Positions 30,229 through 41,314 are shown, counted from the first letter of the stretch. The stretch: DNA of 64,000 nucleotides from Promethearchaeota archaeon Loki_b32 (GCA_005223125.1 NJBH01000011.1:32001-96000), one strand, 5' to 3'. A program made the numbers and translations. The notes: generated from the letters alone by a model not told the origin.

Positions 30229-31668
30229 TCAAAAGAAGATTCCTTTTTTTTGTTCTTCAATTGGCTCAGAATGAAGAAAGATCGTATCTAAATTATCAAT
30301 CCCCAATTTATCTCTTATTTTAGTTTCTAATTCAGAAATATATTCATGAGCTTGTGAAATATTTAATGAACCATCAAAAAATACATGAAGCTCTAAAACA
30401 CAATAATCTAATGTGGCCCAAAATTCTAATTCATGATATCCCTTAACATGAGAATGAGCTCTTAAAACTTCTTCTACATTCTCGCTTATTTGTTGTATCA
30501 TTTCTGGTCCTACATCCGCACATTTTATTTGATCTGGTATAGAAACTTCACTTTGAGTATGACCTTCTATATGTGTGATAACTCTTGATATAAGAGGTGC
30601 TTGTTTTTTTATCTCATCTTCAAAATGAGAGGATAGCTTATGAGCTTCCATAAGTGAAAGCTTTTCATCGACCAACACAACTAAAGAAATAAAGTATTCA
30701 TTTTTAATACGAAAAATGTTAAGATCTTTAAAGTTTATTATTTTTGGGTATTCAGATTTCATTGAGAAAATCAAATTTATTAATCCTTCACCAATTGATT
30801 TTTCACTTGCTATAGGATTCATCTCAACGATACAATCCACTTCATATAGAGGAAAGATCTTTTCATTCATGGTTCTTATGGACTTAATAATTTCATTGGC
30901 ATGGACAATAGAAATATGATCCTCCACAGATAAATGTACCTCTAAAAATAATGATTTACCACTCGTTCGTATTTTTATATCATGTACACCAATAACATGA
31001 TCTAAAACAAAGATTTTTTGCCTTAATTCTTCAATAATTAATAAATTTATAGGATTTGTATCAGTAAGTTCTTTTACTCCTGTTTTGGCTAATTTAAATG
31101 CTCCAAATATAATCCAAATAGATATTATTATACTAAGTACAGGATCGACAAATGATACATTAAAAAAAGCAAATATAAGACTTAATATTACAATAATTGC
31201 TCTCATTGAATCTTGAAACAGATTTAACCCTTGAATCTCCATAGTCAAGCTTTTTTGTTGTTTTCCTTTTGAAATAAGAATTCTTGAGAATACCAAATTA
31301 ACCATAAAGGAGATTATTAATATAATTAAACCAATTTCTGGGTTTACAATTTCATATTTACTTGTCAATATTGCTTGAATAGCGTTGTAAATTAATAAAA
31401 CATAAATATTCATTAGGATGATTCCTTGAATTAGGGCACCTAAAGAATCTGTTTTCTTATGACCATACATATGTTCATAATCCGCAGGTTTTTGACTGTG
31501 ATACAAAGAATATAAAGTTATACAGACGAATAATATATCAGTAAGAGTATCTGCTGTCTCAGAGAGAAAACTTAAACTCCCGGTAATTAAAACACCAATT
31601 ACTTTTAATAAAGACTGAAAAAGCACTACAAAAACAGTTAAAAATCCAAATTTGATTTTAATATCCAT
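30229..31668 (-). CDS. Cation diffusion facilitator with three C-terminal ZT_dimer-like domains
   Basis: TM domain with KPADYEHMYGH; three repeats of the ...AH.....E...HxE pattern. Confidence 0.85.
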   Translation of the reverse strand: MDIKIKFGFLTVFVVLFQSLLKVIGVLITGSLSFLSETADTLTDILFVCITLYSLYHSQKPADYEHMYGHKKTDSLGALIQGIILMNIYVLLIYNAIQAILTSKYEIVNPEIGLIILIISFMVNLVFSRILISKGKQQKSLTMEIQGLNLFQDSMRAIIVILSLIFAFFNVSFVDPVLSIIISIWIIFGAFKLAKTGVKELTDTNPINLLIIEELRQKIFVLDHVIGVHDIKIRTSGKSLFLEVHLSVEDHISIVHANEIIKSIRTMNEKIFPLYEVDCIVEMNPIASEKSIGEGLINLIFSMKSEYPKIINFKDLNIFRIKNEYFISLVVLVDEKLSLMEAHKLSSHFEDEIKKQAPLISRVITHIEGHTQSEVSIPDQIKCADVGPEMIQQISENVEEVLRAHSHVKGYHELEFWATLDYCVLELHVFFDGSLNISQAHEYISELETKIRDKLGIDNLDTIFLHSEPIEEQKKGIFF

Positions 31669-31976
31669 CTCTCAACAGTTTTTAATGAGTATTGAATTTT
31701 TAATTTATTAGAAATTAATAATAAAAAAGGTTTATAAATAATTATCTTTAACTAAAATCTACTCATCGTAGATATTACATATTGGAAATTTCATGCTTTT
31801 TTTAAGTTTTAAAACAAAAAGTCATTTTATTAAATCAAATAACTAAATAGACATTTATGTTGATAATATTTTAGTATTTTCACTCTTTTTAAAAATTGGA
31901 CTAATGAAGTTATAAATGAAGTATTTATTTTCTATTAATTATACAAATTTCAGCAATTTAAAAGTAAAAGAAAATT

Positions 31977-33095
31977 ATGGTGGATCATAAGAATTCCAAG
32001 TTTGTAGATCGGACTTTGAATAAGGTTGACCCAAAAATGGCAAAAATTTTCATGCCTTGGATTTTAAAACATCCAAAAAGTATGTATACAATGTTACGAT
32101 TAGCAAAGGCATATAGAAAATCTCGTAATAAAAGGGCTGAAGAATTTCTTAAGGGTCTAAAAGTACCTCCATTCTTGATTTTAAGTATTACATCAAATTG
32201 TAATCTTAAATGTGCTGGTTGTTACGCTGCTGCAACAGGAACACTATCTAACCAAAAAACTAATAATAATTTAGATTTAGAAAAGTGGGAACAAATTATT
32301 CAAGAAGCAAGGGAATTAGGAGTATTTGCTTTTATAATAGCAGGTGGTGAACCTTTCTTAATGCCAGATTTATTAAAAATATGTGAGAAAATCAAAGATA
32401 GATTATTTTTAATATTTACAAATGGAACAATCTTAAAAAATAAAGATATTGAAAAGTTAATACGATTAAGAAATACAATAATTATTGTAAGCATTGAAGG
32501 AGATCAGTATTTGACTGATAAACGCAGAGGAACGGGGGTTTATGAAAAAATAATTAACACATTAGACGAATTAAACAGCAAGGGAGTTATTAGTGGCATA
32601 TCAGTAACAATTAACCGAAATAATGTTAAGTTTTGGATGGATTCGAATAATATTGATGATTTAATATCTAAGGGTATTCGACTTGCTTTCCTTCTGGAAT
32701 ATATTCCAGTAGATAACGATACCGAATTAATGCTCACTAAGGGAGAAAGTATTGCCTTTAGACAAAGAGTTTTAAATTTCCGTGAATCAAAACAAATATT
32801 TCTCATTCATTCACCTGGAGATGAGGTGTATATGGGGGGTTGTGTTTCAGCAGGTAGGGGATTTGCTCATATCACACCTTCAGGAGATTTGACCCCTTGC
32901 CCAGTTTCTAATATTGCAACTCATAACTTATCTAAATCAACGTTAAGAGAAGGATTAAATAGTCAATTATTTAAAATCATAAGGGAAAATGAGCATCTTT
33001 TAGAGACAAATGGATCTCCATGTGCTTTATTCTCTCACACTGAAGAAGTAAATGCAATTGTCAAAAAAGTAAAGGCGTACAGGACTAGTATTTAA
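31977..33095 (+). CDS. Radical SAM/SPASM-twitch domain protein
   Basis: CNLKCAGC, GGEP, TNG, GC.AGRG..HITPSGD.TPCP. Confidence 0.9.
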   Translation: MVDHKNSKFVDRTLNKVDPKMAKIFMPWILKHPKSMYTMLRLAKAYRKSRNKRAEEFLKGLKVPPFLILSITSNCNLKCAGCYAAATGTLSNQKTNNNLDLEKWEQIIQEARELGVFAFIIAGGEPFLMPDLLKICEKIKDRLFLIFTNGTILKNKDIEKLIRLRNTIIIVSIEGDQYLTDKRRGTGVYEKIINTLDELNSKGVISGISVTINRNNVKFWMDSNNIDDLISKGIRLAFLLEYIPVDNDTELMLTKGESIAFRQRVLNFRESKQIFLIHSPGDEVYMGGCVSAGRGFAHITPSGDLTPCPVSNIATHNLSKSTLREGLNSQLFKIIRENEHLLETNGSPCALFSHTEEVNAIVKKVKAYRTSI

Positions 33096-33129
33096 AAAAT
33101 TTGATAATTTTTATGTAAATCTGAAATAT

Positions 33130-34008
33130 TTATGTTAATTCTCCCTGAGCAACAATAAATGATTTTCCTCCTACGGATACACTAATTTTTCCCTCGTCAC
33201 CTTCTTCTGCTCTTAAATAAAGCAATGAAGGACGTCCTACTTCATATCCCTGCTCAACTCTAACATCTATTTTATTTTTAATAAAATACTGATGTTTAAC
33301 CAAATATGCTGCTAGACATCCGTTGCCACTTCCTGTAGCAGGGTCTTCTGGTATGCCATGATAATGAGCAAACACACGAACACTCAAATCATTTCCTTTA
33401 TTTCGAGTTTCTGGACAGAAAATTAATATTGATTTTGCATCAGTTTTTTCTAAAAGTTCTAAACATTTATCCACATCTACTTTTGCTCTTTTTAAAGCAT
33501 CTAAAGTCTTCAACGGAACAATAATGAATGGTCCTCCTGTAGATACTTCTTGAATTGGAAACCTATCATCAATATCAAACTCGTCTAGGTTTAATATCTG
33601 TGATATTAATTCTATATCAAAAAACCTTCCAAACGTGGGAGGATTTTGTTCCATCCAGATGACATCAACTTTTCCTGATTTATATTTGAACAGGACTGGA
33701 ATTGGCCCAATCTTAAGATTTAGTAGGATTGTTTTTATATTTCCTTTAATTAATTCTTGTTGAATTACAAGAGCAGTACCAATTGTTGGATGTCCTGCAA
33801 ATGGTAATTCTACTTCAGGGGTAAAAATACGTACGTCATAATTTTCTTTTGAAGTAATAAAAGTTGTCTCAGAATAATTCATTTCTTTTGCAATTTTTTG
33901 CATTTCCGCTTCAAAGAGTACATCTTCGCAAATGAAAACAGCAAGCTGATTACCTTCAAATTTTCTTTCAGCAAATACATCTACTATATAAAATTTACAT
34001 TTTGGCAT
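33130..34008 (-). CDS. PhzF family isomerase/epimerase
   Basis: VDVF...GN.LAV, MQKIAKEMNYSET, ELPFAGHPTIG, EDPATGSG, EQG...RPS. Confidence 0.92.
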   Translation of the reverse strand: MPKCKFYIVDVFAERKFEGNQLAVFICEDVLFEAEMQKIAKEMNYSETTFITSKENYDVRIFTPEVELPFAGHPTIGTALVIQQELIKGNIKTILLNLKIGPIPVLFKYKSGKVDVIWMEQNPPTFGRFFDIELISQILNLDEFDIDDRFPIQEVSTGGPFIIVPLKTLDALKRAKVDVDKCLELLEKTDAKSILIFCPETRNKGNDLSVRVFAHYHGIPEDPATGSGNGCLAAYLVKHQYFIKNKIDVRVEQGYEVGRPSLLYLRAEEGDEGKISVSVGGKSFIVAQGELT

Positions 34009-34213
34009 GAAAATACCTCTAAATTGGTTATGACATCAATATTAATTTATATATAATATAAAAATTGAAGTCTTTTTAATATGTAATTATTTTGGTTTTT
34101 CTTTAATAATCAATATTCTATTAATACTTATAATTATATTTTTTATTTAAATGATTAAATTATAGTAGATTACACAAATATTTATCTGGTACATGAAAGG
34201 GGTAATTCATATA

Positions 34214-35104
34214 TTATCTCTTTGCTGGAGAAGCATAACAATAATCACAATTATGTTTACACCGAAAGATTCCTGAATAGCCCCCTATATCTTTGGACTT
34301 GAAACAGCCGCAATCTTTTCTCTGGCCTGTATCTTTTATTTTTGGAATTTTCTCATTAATTAATTGTTCAATTTTATATGCGTCTATACAATGTGCTTGT
34401 TCAATACCTTCAATTTCTAGTAAATTTGGTTGACAACATGCTTTCATCTGAATATCAAACTTAGTGCATATTTGCATTAATTTATTTAGAATCTCTTTTT
34501 TTTTCTTTAATGGTGGATCAATGGGAATATATCCTCTAGCATTCATTCTATTCTTTACCTTAGAGTAAATTGTCGCAAATGAAAAAATCATTTCCCTAAT
34601 TCCAATCTTTGATACATTCTCAATAATAAGTTTGAACTTTCCTAGATTATTTAATATGTTATTTGAGTCCTTTTTCTTATAAAAAATTATAGGATCATGT
34701 CTATAATTAACGGCTAATAAGCTAAACTCTTTGGTTAACCATTCTAATTGCTTGAATCGATCGTCTAAAGAAACACCAATATTCTTTTCTAATTCTGAAG
34801 GAGAATTAATTGTAAATTGAAAACTATGTCCTTTAAAAGAATTAAAAAGATCAATGTTATTTTCATAGGCCTTAATCCATTCTCCGAAATTTTTACTCCA
34901 CCAGACCCAACATTTTACATCATCAGGATTTAATGATATTCTTGAAATTTGGTTACGATTAAATGGATTGATTACGTCTACATATCCTATTTCAACTGCT
35001 TTTATTACCCAATACATTAAAAAAGCAGGAATATCCGTTCTACGAGAACATGAGATTATTGGAGATCTTATAATAGGTCTCTTCTCACTTAACGCTATAT
35101 CCAT
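34214..35104 (-). CDS. DUF1848 family protein
   Basis: IIS.SRRTDIPAF, WSKN, CGC..SKDIG.Y...C.H.C.YCYA. Confidence 0.88.
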   Translation of the reverse strand: MDIALSEKRPIIRSPIISCSRRTDIPAFLMYWVIKAVEIGYVDVINPFNRNQISRISLNPDDVKCWVWWSKNFGEWIKAYENNIDLFNSFKGHSFQFTINSPSELEKNIGVSLDDRFKQLEWLTKEFSLLAVNYRHDPIIFYKKKDSNNILNNLGKFKLIIENVSKIGIREMIFSFATIYSKVKNRMNARGYIPIDPPLKKKKEILNKLMQICTKFDIQMKACCQPNLLEIEGIEQAHCIDAYKIEQLINEKIPKIKDTGQRKDCGCFKSKDIGGYSGIFRCKHNCDYCYASPAKR

Positions 35105-35333
35105 TTTAAAATATTAGATTATTATTTCATATTTAAATCCATTATCTAACTCAAATTTTTTCCTTGAATTAATTCTAATTCAATATTAACTTTTTCTTCT
35201 ACTCTAATCCTTAAATTTTCGTTTTCTAGAATTATTTCAGATATTTTAAACACCGATGTTTAGAATACTATTTTTCTTGAACTTATACAAAATCTAATTT
35301 AATTTTTTAAAGCTTGCAATATTTTAAATTATT

Positions 35334-36356
35334 ATGATTCCATCGATAGAATGGACAGAGGAAAATAAAGTTAAAATGATTGATCAAACTATATTGCCCC
35401 ATGCATTAAAATTCTTAGAGTTTGATGACTATAGAGATGTTGCTACCTCAATTAAAGTAATGAATATTCGTGGTGCTCCTGCCATAGGTGTTGCAGCTGC
35501 AATGAGTATGGCTTTAGCCACACTTGAATTTAAAGATCTTCCAAAAGAAACATTCCTTGAAGAAATAGAAAAAGCTGCAGATGTAATTAGAAATACTAGA
35601 CCTACTGCTTCAAACTTATTTTGGGCAATAGATAGAATATGGAAGATTATTAGTTCTTATCCCGATAATCCTTCAAATTTATCTGAACTTGTAATTGAAG
35701 AAGTGAAATTAATGGCTCAGGAAGATATTAATGTAAATAAAAATATCGGCAAAAATGGAGCAACTTTATTGGAGAATGGAGATGTGGTTTTAACTCATTG
35801 TAATGCAGGATCGCTTGCCACCGTCCAATATGGAACTGCATTAGCTCCTGTTAGAACAGCTATAGAACAAGGAAAAAATATTAGTGTAATAGCGGATGAA
35901 ACTAGACCGAGATTACAGGGTGCTAGATTAACAGCTTATGAATTACAATACGATAAAATTCCAGTTAAAGTAATTTCAGATACTTCTTCTGGATTAATAA
36001 TGAGACTTGGAAAAATAAATAAAGTTATTGTTGGAACGGATAGAGTAACTTCTGATGCGGTATTTAATAAGATTGGCACATATTTAGTTGCTTTAGCTGC
36101 AAAGGATAATAATATCCCATTTTATGTAGCGGCTCCTACATCCACATTATCTCTTCATGAAACGATTAAAGATGTTACAATTGAGCAGAGAGATAGTACA
36201 GAAGTTAGTAAAGTATTAGGAAAAGTTCAAATTGTTCCCGATGGAGTAGAATGCTTGAATTATGCATTTGATATCACTCCATTTAGGCTAGTCACTTCAA
36301 TTATAACTGAAGATGGAGTTTATAGTCCTAAAGAACTTTTAAATAAATATAAATAA
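35334..36356 (+). CDS. mtnA: S-methyl-5-thioribose-1-phosphate isomerase (eIF2B-like family)
   Basis: DQT.LP, RGAPAIG, TRPTA.NL, LTHCNAG.LAT...GTA, DETRP.LQGARLTA, NKIGTY. Confidence 0.9.
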   Translation: MIPSIEWTEENKVKMIDQTILPHALKFLEFDDYRDVATSIKVMNIRGAPAIGVAAAMSMALATLEFKDLPKETFLEEIEKAADVIRNTRPTASNLFWAIDRIWKIISSYPDNPSNLSELVIEEVKLMAQEDINVNKNIGKNGATLLENGDVVLTHCNAGSLATVQYGTALAPVRTAIEQGKNISVIADETRPRLQGARLTAYELQYDKIPVKVISDTSSGLIMRLGKINKVIVGTDRVTSDAVFNKIGTYLVALAAKDNNIPFYVAAPTSTLSLHETIKDVTIEQRDSTEVSKVLGKVQIVPDGVECLNYAFDITPFRLVTSIITEDGVYSPKELLNKYK

Positions 36357-36391
36357 AAAACCAAAAAATGATGTATCCTTTTTCTTATTTC

Positions 36392-37375
36392 TTATTCAAT
36401 TCTTTCTATAATTGTTTTCAACTGTAGAATATTTTTTACTTTACTTAAATCACGTCTAACAGGTGTAGAATTTCTAATATTTTTGGTTAACCATATTGCA
36501 TTTCTTTTTAACTCTTTAAACTTAATTTCTTCATTATTGATTAGATATGAAATTCCATTAAGAAAATCATCAATTAAATCCTCGTATATCTTAATATATT
36601 TTCTAAATAAGGCAAAGTCATTTTTAAAGGGTATTTCTTCACCTTTTGTGAAATATTCATGGATTTGATTAAAAATTTCTGGATTCCCTATAGATTCTCT
36701 GCCAATCATTAAAGCATCAACATTTGTATAATCTATAAAATGTTTAGCGCTAATGGGATTGATGATGTCTCCATTTCCAACTAACGGAATTGTTAATTTT
36801 TCTTTTAACCTCTTCACAGTGTCTAAATCTAAAGCATGTTCATGAAAGTTACTTTTAACAGTACGAGCATGAATTATAGCAAAATCAATTCCAGAATCAT
36901 TTATAATTTTTGCCATCTCTTTAATATTAACTGAGATTTCAAAGCCCGTTCTAATTTTAAGTGAAACAGGTTTAGCGGAGTATTTTACTGCAACTTTAAC
37001 TAATATCTTTAATGTATTTAAATCCTTCATTAAATATCCTCCCTCTTTGGCTTTGATTGCCCTTTTAGATGGGCATCCTGCATTTAAATCTAATGTCTCA
37101 AACTTATAGCTTTCAATGTAATCTATAGACTTTTTCAATGCTTCTGGATCAGAGCCAATTAGCTGAATGCCTATAGGATTTTCTCGTTCTATTTTATATA
37201 AATCTGTTTCAATAGATTTTGGATGCTTTTCAATCTTTTTAGTGTATAACATTGGAACATAAACTAGACCAATGTTAAAAAAATACCTACAAAATCTTCT
37301 AAAGGGGTTTGTGGTTACATTTAGCATTGGAGCTAAAAGATATCGATTTTTCAAATTAAGTGATCCTAATTTCAT
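36392..37375 (-). CDS. tRNA-dihydrouridine synthase
   Basis: LAPM, QL.G, DLNAGCP, KIRTG, IHART, GNGDI, MIGR. Confidence 0.9.
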   Translation of the reverse strand: MKLGSLNLKNRYLLAPMLNVTTNPFRRFCRYFFNIGLVYVPMLYTKKIEKHPKSIETDLYKIERENPIGIQLIGSDPEALKKSIDYIESYKFETLDLNAGCPSKRAIKAKEGGYLMKDLNTLKILVKVAVKYSAKPVSLKIRTGFEISVNIKEMAKIINDSGIDFAIIHARTVKSNFHEHALDLDTVKRLKEKLTIPLVGNGDIINPISAKHFIDYTNVDALMIGRESIGNPEIFNQIHEYFTKGEEIPFKNDFALFRKYIKIYEDLIDDFLNGISYLINNEEIKFKELKRNAIWLTKNIRNSTPVRRDLSKVKNILQLKTIIERIE

Positions 37376-37484
37376 ATGCTATGTTTATGTCTCTTAACTT
37401 TAACTTACAAATTAAAATCATGAAGTTTTTTTATTAAATGCAATTTAGTATAATTAAATAACTCTATTATATATAAGAAGAAAG

Positions 37485-37994
37485 ATGTCAGAATTACTCA
37501 AGGAATTCACATTTGAAAAATCTCCTTCCAAAATTATATATTTAGATAAAGAACCTTTAAAATTAAGTAATGAATTTATGTTTTTTCACAATAAAAGCAA
37601 ATTTCGAAAGGATTTAGTTCGACTTCAAAATTTGATTAAATCATATACTAATGCACCTTTACATGCTGCGGGTATAAGAGATTCATACTTAAAGGAAGAA
37701 TTTTCTGAAGAATATTTGATAACGATTTTTGCTACGCCAGAAACAATAAAAAAAGCTAATGAAATTATTGAAAATCATTCCAACATAGAAGTAAATAAAG
37801 GATGCTTTTTTCTTAAAGCAGATACAAACTTTGTACTCCTCTTATCAAGAGATATGGAAGGGTTGATTTTAGGGATTGATACTATTGAAGTAATTTTAAA
37901 ACAAATCCTAGAAGACTACATATATCAAGAGAAATTCGATGATTACATAAAAATCTGTGCTTTTGAATTATATGATTGTAGTAAATCTACCTAA
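37485..37994 (+). CDS. Hypothetical protein resembling the non-catalytic GH20 N-terminal domain
   Basis: GCFFLKA...LLLSRDMEGLILGIDTI pattern. Confidence 0.45.
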   Translation: MSELLKEFTFEKSPSKIIYLDKEPLKLSNEFMFFHNKSKFRKDLVRLQNLIKSYTNAPLHAAGIRDSYLKEEFSEEYLITIFATPETIKKANEIIENHSNIEVNKGCFFLKADTNFVLLLSRDMEGLILGIDTIEVILKQILEDYIYQEKFDDYIKICAFELYDCSKST

Positions 37995-38029
37995 ATGAAA
38001 AAATTAGAAAAAGTAAAAAGATAAACTAA

Positions 38030-39748
38030 TTATACAACATATTTCCATGGTCTTTGTCTTTTTAATCCATAAGCTTTTTCAGCATATTCCTCAACCATGC
38101 GATGCGTATTGAAAAAAGCAGCTAGGGAAATAGCACATTGCATCTTGTAGAGCCACTCATCGTGATTCATATATGTCGGGATAACTTGGTTTTCTAAAAT
38201 ATCATAAAGAGCGTTTGAATCAATATCCCAACTATTTGAAACTCCAGGGTCATCTGGATTTGAATCATCGGGTCCAATAGCCCAACCAGCTAAATGATTC
38301 TTCTTATATCCTTCTAACCACCAACCATCTTGGACTGATAAATTCAATATTCCATTTAACGCGGCCTTCATTCCACTTGTACCACTTGCTTCCCGATATC
38401 TATTAGGAGTGTTGAGCCAGACATCTACTCCTGATACGAGCATATGGGAAAGATCCATGTTATAATTCTCCATGACAACAACCTTTACACCATAATTATC
38501 ATATAGATATTCGCCCGCTTCATGGATTTTCTTAATATAATCTTTTCCCATTTGGTCTTTTGGATGAGCTTTTCCTGCGAATATGAATTGAATGTGATCT
38601 TTCGCAATTTTACCCAATCTGTCAATATCGTGAAAGATTAGTATAGCTCTTTTGTAAGTTGCAAATCGTCTAGCAAATCCGATTGTAATTAATTCCTCAT
38701 CAAGTAAATTCCAACTATGACCTTTTTGGTAATTTATCAGATTGAATTTATTCTCAATGTGGTTATCAAAGAGATCTAGTGGATCTAATTCTATCGCATT
38801 TTCAAGCACAGCGGGATTTGCCCTCCAATTTGGCCATTTTTTAGTAAACATTTTCCTAAACGGTTTAGATACCCAGAATGGTAAGTGAATACCATTGGTA
38901 ATATAGTCAATTTCATATTGGGGGAACATTTGTCTACTTATGTCACCATGCTTTCGGGCAACAGCATTTCTGTATCTAGAAAGAGCCATACCCAGAAATG
39001 TCATATTTAATTCTCCATTGTCATTTGCTAGATCTCTAATTTCCTTCGGCATTCTATTTCCAAATACTTTTTTAACCAAATCTTGTTTGAATCTATCATG
39101 ACCTGCAGGTACAGGGGTGTGAGTTGTAAAAGCAACTTTTTCTTTAACTTTTTCAATGCTTCCCAATCGATTATACAATTCTAAAGTAGCAAAAGAACCA
39201 TGTCCTTCATTAAGATGATAAGTTTCAATATTATTGTAGCCTAAAGATTCCAGAAGTTTTACACCTCCAATCCCTAATATCATTTCCTGTACGATTCTAT
39301 TCCAACGACTTGTGCTATCATATAAAGAACCAGTCATTTTTTTCATCCAATCTTCATTTCCTGGAATATCTGTGGTTAAAAGATAAATTGGAAGAATATG
39401 TCCTGATTGCCCTATTACTCGATAGAGCCACGCGCTTACAAGAACGTCTTTGTCCTCAATTCTCATTGTAATTGGTTTTTCTACTTTTTCAAATTCATAG
39501 TAAAAGTTCCAAGCAATTTCTTTTTCTTTTTGTTCACCAAATTCATTAAAAAATTGATAAAAATATCCAGCACTATAGCATAAACAAAGTCCAACCATTG
39601 GGATTTCCAAATCTGCAGCTGACCGAACAGTGTCCCCTGATAATACACCTAAACCCCCACTATACGTAGGAATATTTGAATCTACAGCTATTTCCATAGA
39701 AATATATGCTACATTGGTATTTGATTTTAAATCTTCATCGATTTCCAT
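38030..39748 (-). CDS. glgP: Alpha-glucan phosphorylase
   Basis: YSGGLG.L.GD, HLNEGH, FTTHTPVPAGHD, ARRFATYKR, EASGTSGMKAALNG. Confidence 0.93.
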   Translation of the reverse strand: MEIDEDLKSNTNVAYISMEIAVDSNIPTYSGGLGVLSGDTVRSAADLEIPMVGLCLCYSAGYFYQFFNEFGEQKEKEIAWNFYYEFEKVEKPITMRIEDKDVLVSAWLYRVIGQSGHILPIYLLTTDIPGNEDWMKKMTGSLYDSTSRWNRIVQEMILGIGGVKLLESLGYNNIETYHLNEGHGSFATLELYNRLGSIEKVKEKVAFTTHTPVPAGHDRFKQDLVKKVFGNRMPKEIRDLANDNGELNMTFLGMALSRYRNAVARKHGDISRQMFPQYEIDYITNGIHLPFWVSKPFRKMFTKKWPNWRANPAVLENAIELDPLDLFDNHIENKFNLINYQKGHSWNLLDEELITIGFARRFATYKRAILIFHDIDRLGKIAKDHIQFIFAGKAHPKDQMGKDYIKKIHEAGEYLYDNYGVKVVVMENYNMDLSHMLVSGVDVWLNTPNRYREASGTSGMKAALNGILNLSVQDGWWLEGYKKNHLAGWAIGPDDSNPDDPGVSNSWDIDSNALYDILENQVIPTYMNHDEWLYKMQCAISLAAFFNTHRMVEEYAEKAYGLKRQRPWKYVV

Positions 39749-40003
39749 TTTTCTTCACTTTTTGAATTTTAATTCGCTATTTTTATAGTAGTTAAGAATT
39801 TTATATAATACTTTTAAAATCCATAGTATAAAATCTTATCTTAAAATAGTATTGATAAAAAGTAATGTTCAGAATAGAGTAATAAATCTTATAATAATAA
39901 GTTAAAAAAATAAAAAATCCAACCGGAACTACAAAAAACAGGACTTAAGAGAGATACAGTTCAAGATATAATTAATGAAATTAAAAAAAAAAAATTTAAA
40001 ATT

Positions 40004-40681
40004 TTAGATTTTTAGGGGTTTGCCACCTTCTTCTAATATTTCTACTTTTATGCTTGGATCCTTTTTCTCAAGTAATTCCCTGAATTTGCTGAGATCTTTG
40101 CCCCAATTTTGCCTTTATACATTATTTATGCATAAATTATGCATTGGAATTGCGATCTTAGGTTTCACATCAACAACAGAATCAGTAGCTTCATCAAAAT
40201 CCATAGTGTACGTTCCACCGCAAGGCATCATAGCAACAGTTATATTTCTACTTGCTAGATCTTTCATTTCAGGGATTCGTTCAGTATCTCCCGCATGATA
40301 TACACTCTTGTCTTCTGCTGTTACTATTATACCTGCCCATTCATTTCTTTTGGGATGATTTGGCTTCTTAATATTGTATGCTGGAACTAACTCGATAGAA
40401 AGATCTTTATAGTCAAATGAATCCCCTAACTTCAACGGTGTTCCATCAAATTTTTGTAAACTGCTAGCAATACTTTCAGGACCGATTACAACCGTATCAT
40501 CCTTCATAAGATTTTGTATACTACTTGAATCAAAATGATCACTGTGTGAATGTGTTGAAACAATTATATCTGCTTTCTCTTCTCCTTTTTTAATTTGGTA
40601 AGGATCAAGGTAAATAATTCTTCCACTTGGTGTTTTTATTTTAAAGGCAGCATGACCAAGCCATGTAATTTCCATAGTCAT
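40004..40681 (-). CDS. MBL-fold metallo-hydrolase interrupted by a 30-nt insert; 215 aa once the insert is removed
   Basis: TWLGHA, DPY, THSHSDH, YHAGDT, IPMH; frame resumes after the stop as NWGKDLSKFRELLEKKDPSIKVEILEEGGKPLKI*. Confidence 0.85.
40108..40137 (-). other. Candidate bulge-helix-bulge mRNA intron (30 nt)
   Basis: Exon helix UUCCAA/UUGGGG, central helix UGCA/GGCA (3 of 4 paired), bulges UAA and AAA, 9-bp intron stem; canonical cuts give I-P-M-H-N-W-G. Confidence 0.75.
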
Positions 40682-40810
40682 TTTTTATCACCACGTTAAA
40701 TTATTTCAAAAAAGGATTTATATTTTATTATTATAACTAAATGCTTTATATTTATAACTTAGAATTGATAAATTAAAGAGAAAACACGATGAGAAATTTT
40801 AAGTAAAAAT

Positions 40811-41173
40811 TTAATCTTCTTCTTCAAATTTCCATTCGGGACTTACGAGATAAATTTTTTTAGTTATTCCATGATTGTCTTCTTTGACTAAATCGAGTTC
40901 TTTAAATCTTTCGAAGAATAATTTATTTCTAAAATTAGGGATTTCATTAATAAAACGAGGTTTGGGTATGTAATTCGGAGTATTTAGACTGGTTTTTTTA
41001 GATGTTATTTCATTTATTAGTTTTTTCTCTAAATTTTTATTATTCTTAAAGGTAGGGTGTTCAATTTTCAGGAAATTTGTATTTTTTAGACTAAGTTCCT
41101 TTATTGGTGTGGTAGATTTTAAAATTCGACAAGTGGGGCAATTAATCTCATCCAAACCGTGAATACACGTCAT
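40811..41173 (-). CDS. Hypothetical protein with N-terminal CxH...CxxC motif
   Basis: MTCIHGLDEINCPTC. Confidence 0.6.
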   Translation of the reverse strand: MTCIHGLDEINCPTCRILKSTTPIKELSLKNTNFLKIEHPTFKNNKNLEKKLINEITSKKTSLNTPNYIPKPRFINEIPNFRNKLFFERFKELDLVKEDNHGITKKIYLVSPEWKFEEED

Positions 41174-41314
41174 TTTTTCAATAGTAGTTATTTTTACAAA
41201 TTCTAAGTATTTCGAATTAATTGTTTCATTTAATTTTTGTTATTATAATTTTTACATACTTTAAAAAAATAGAGTTCTCTAGAGAATTTAATAGAATTAT
41301 AATAAATTAAGATT

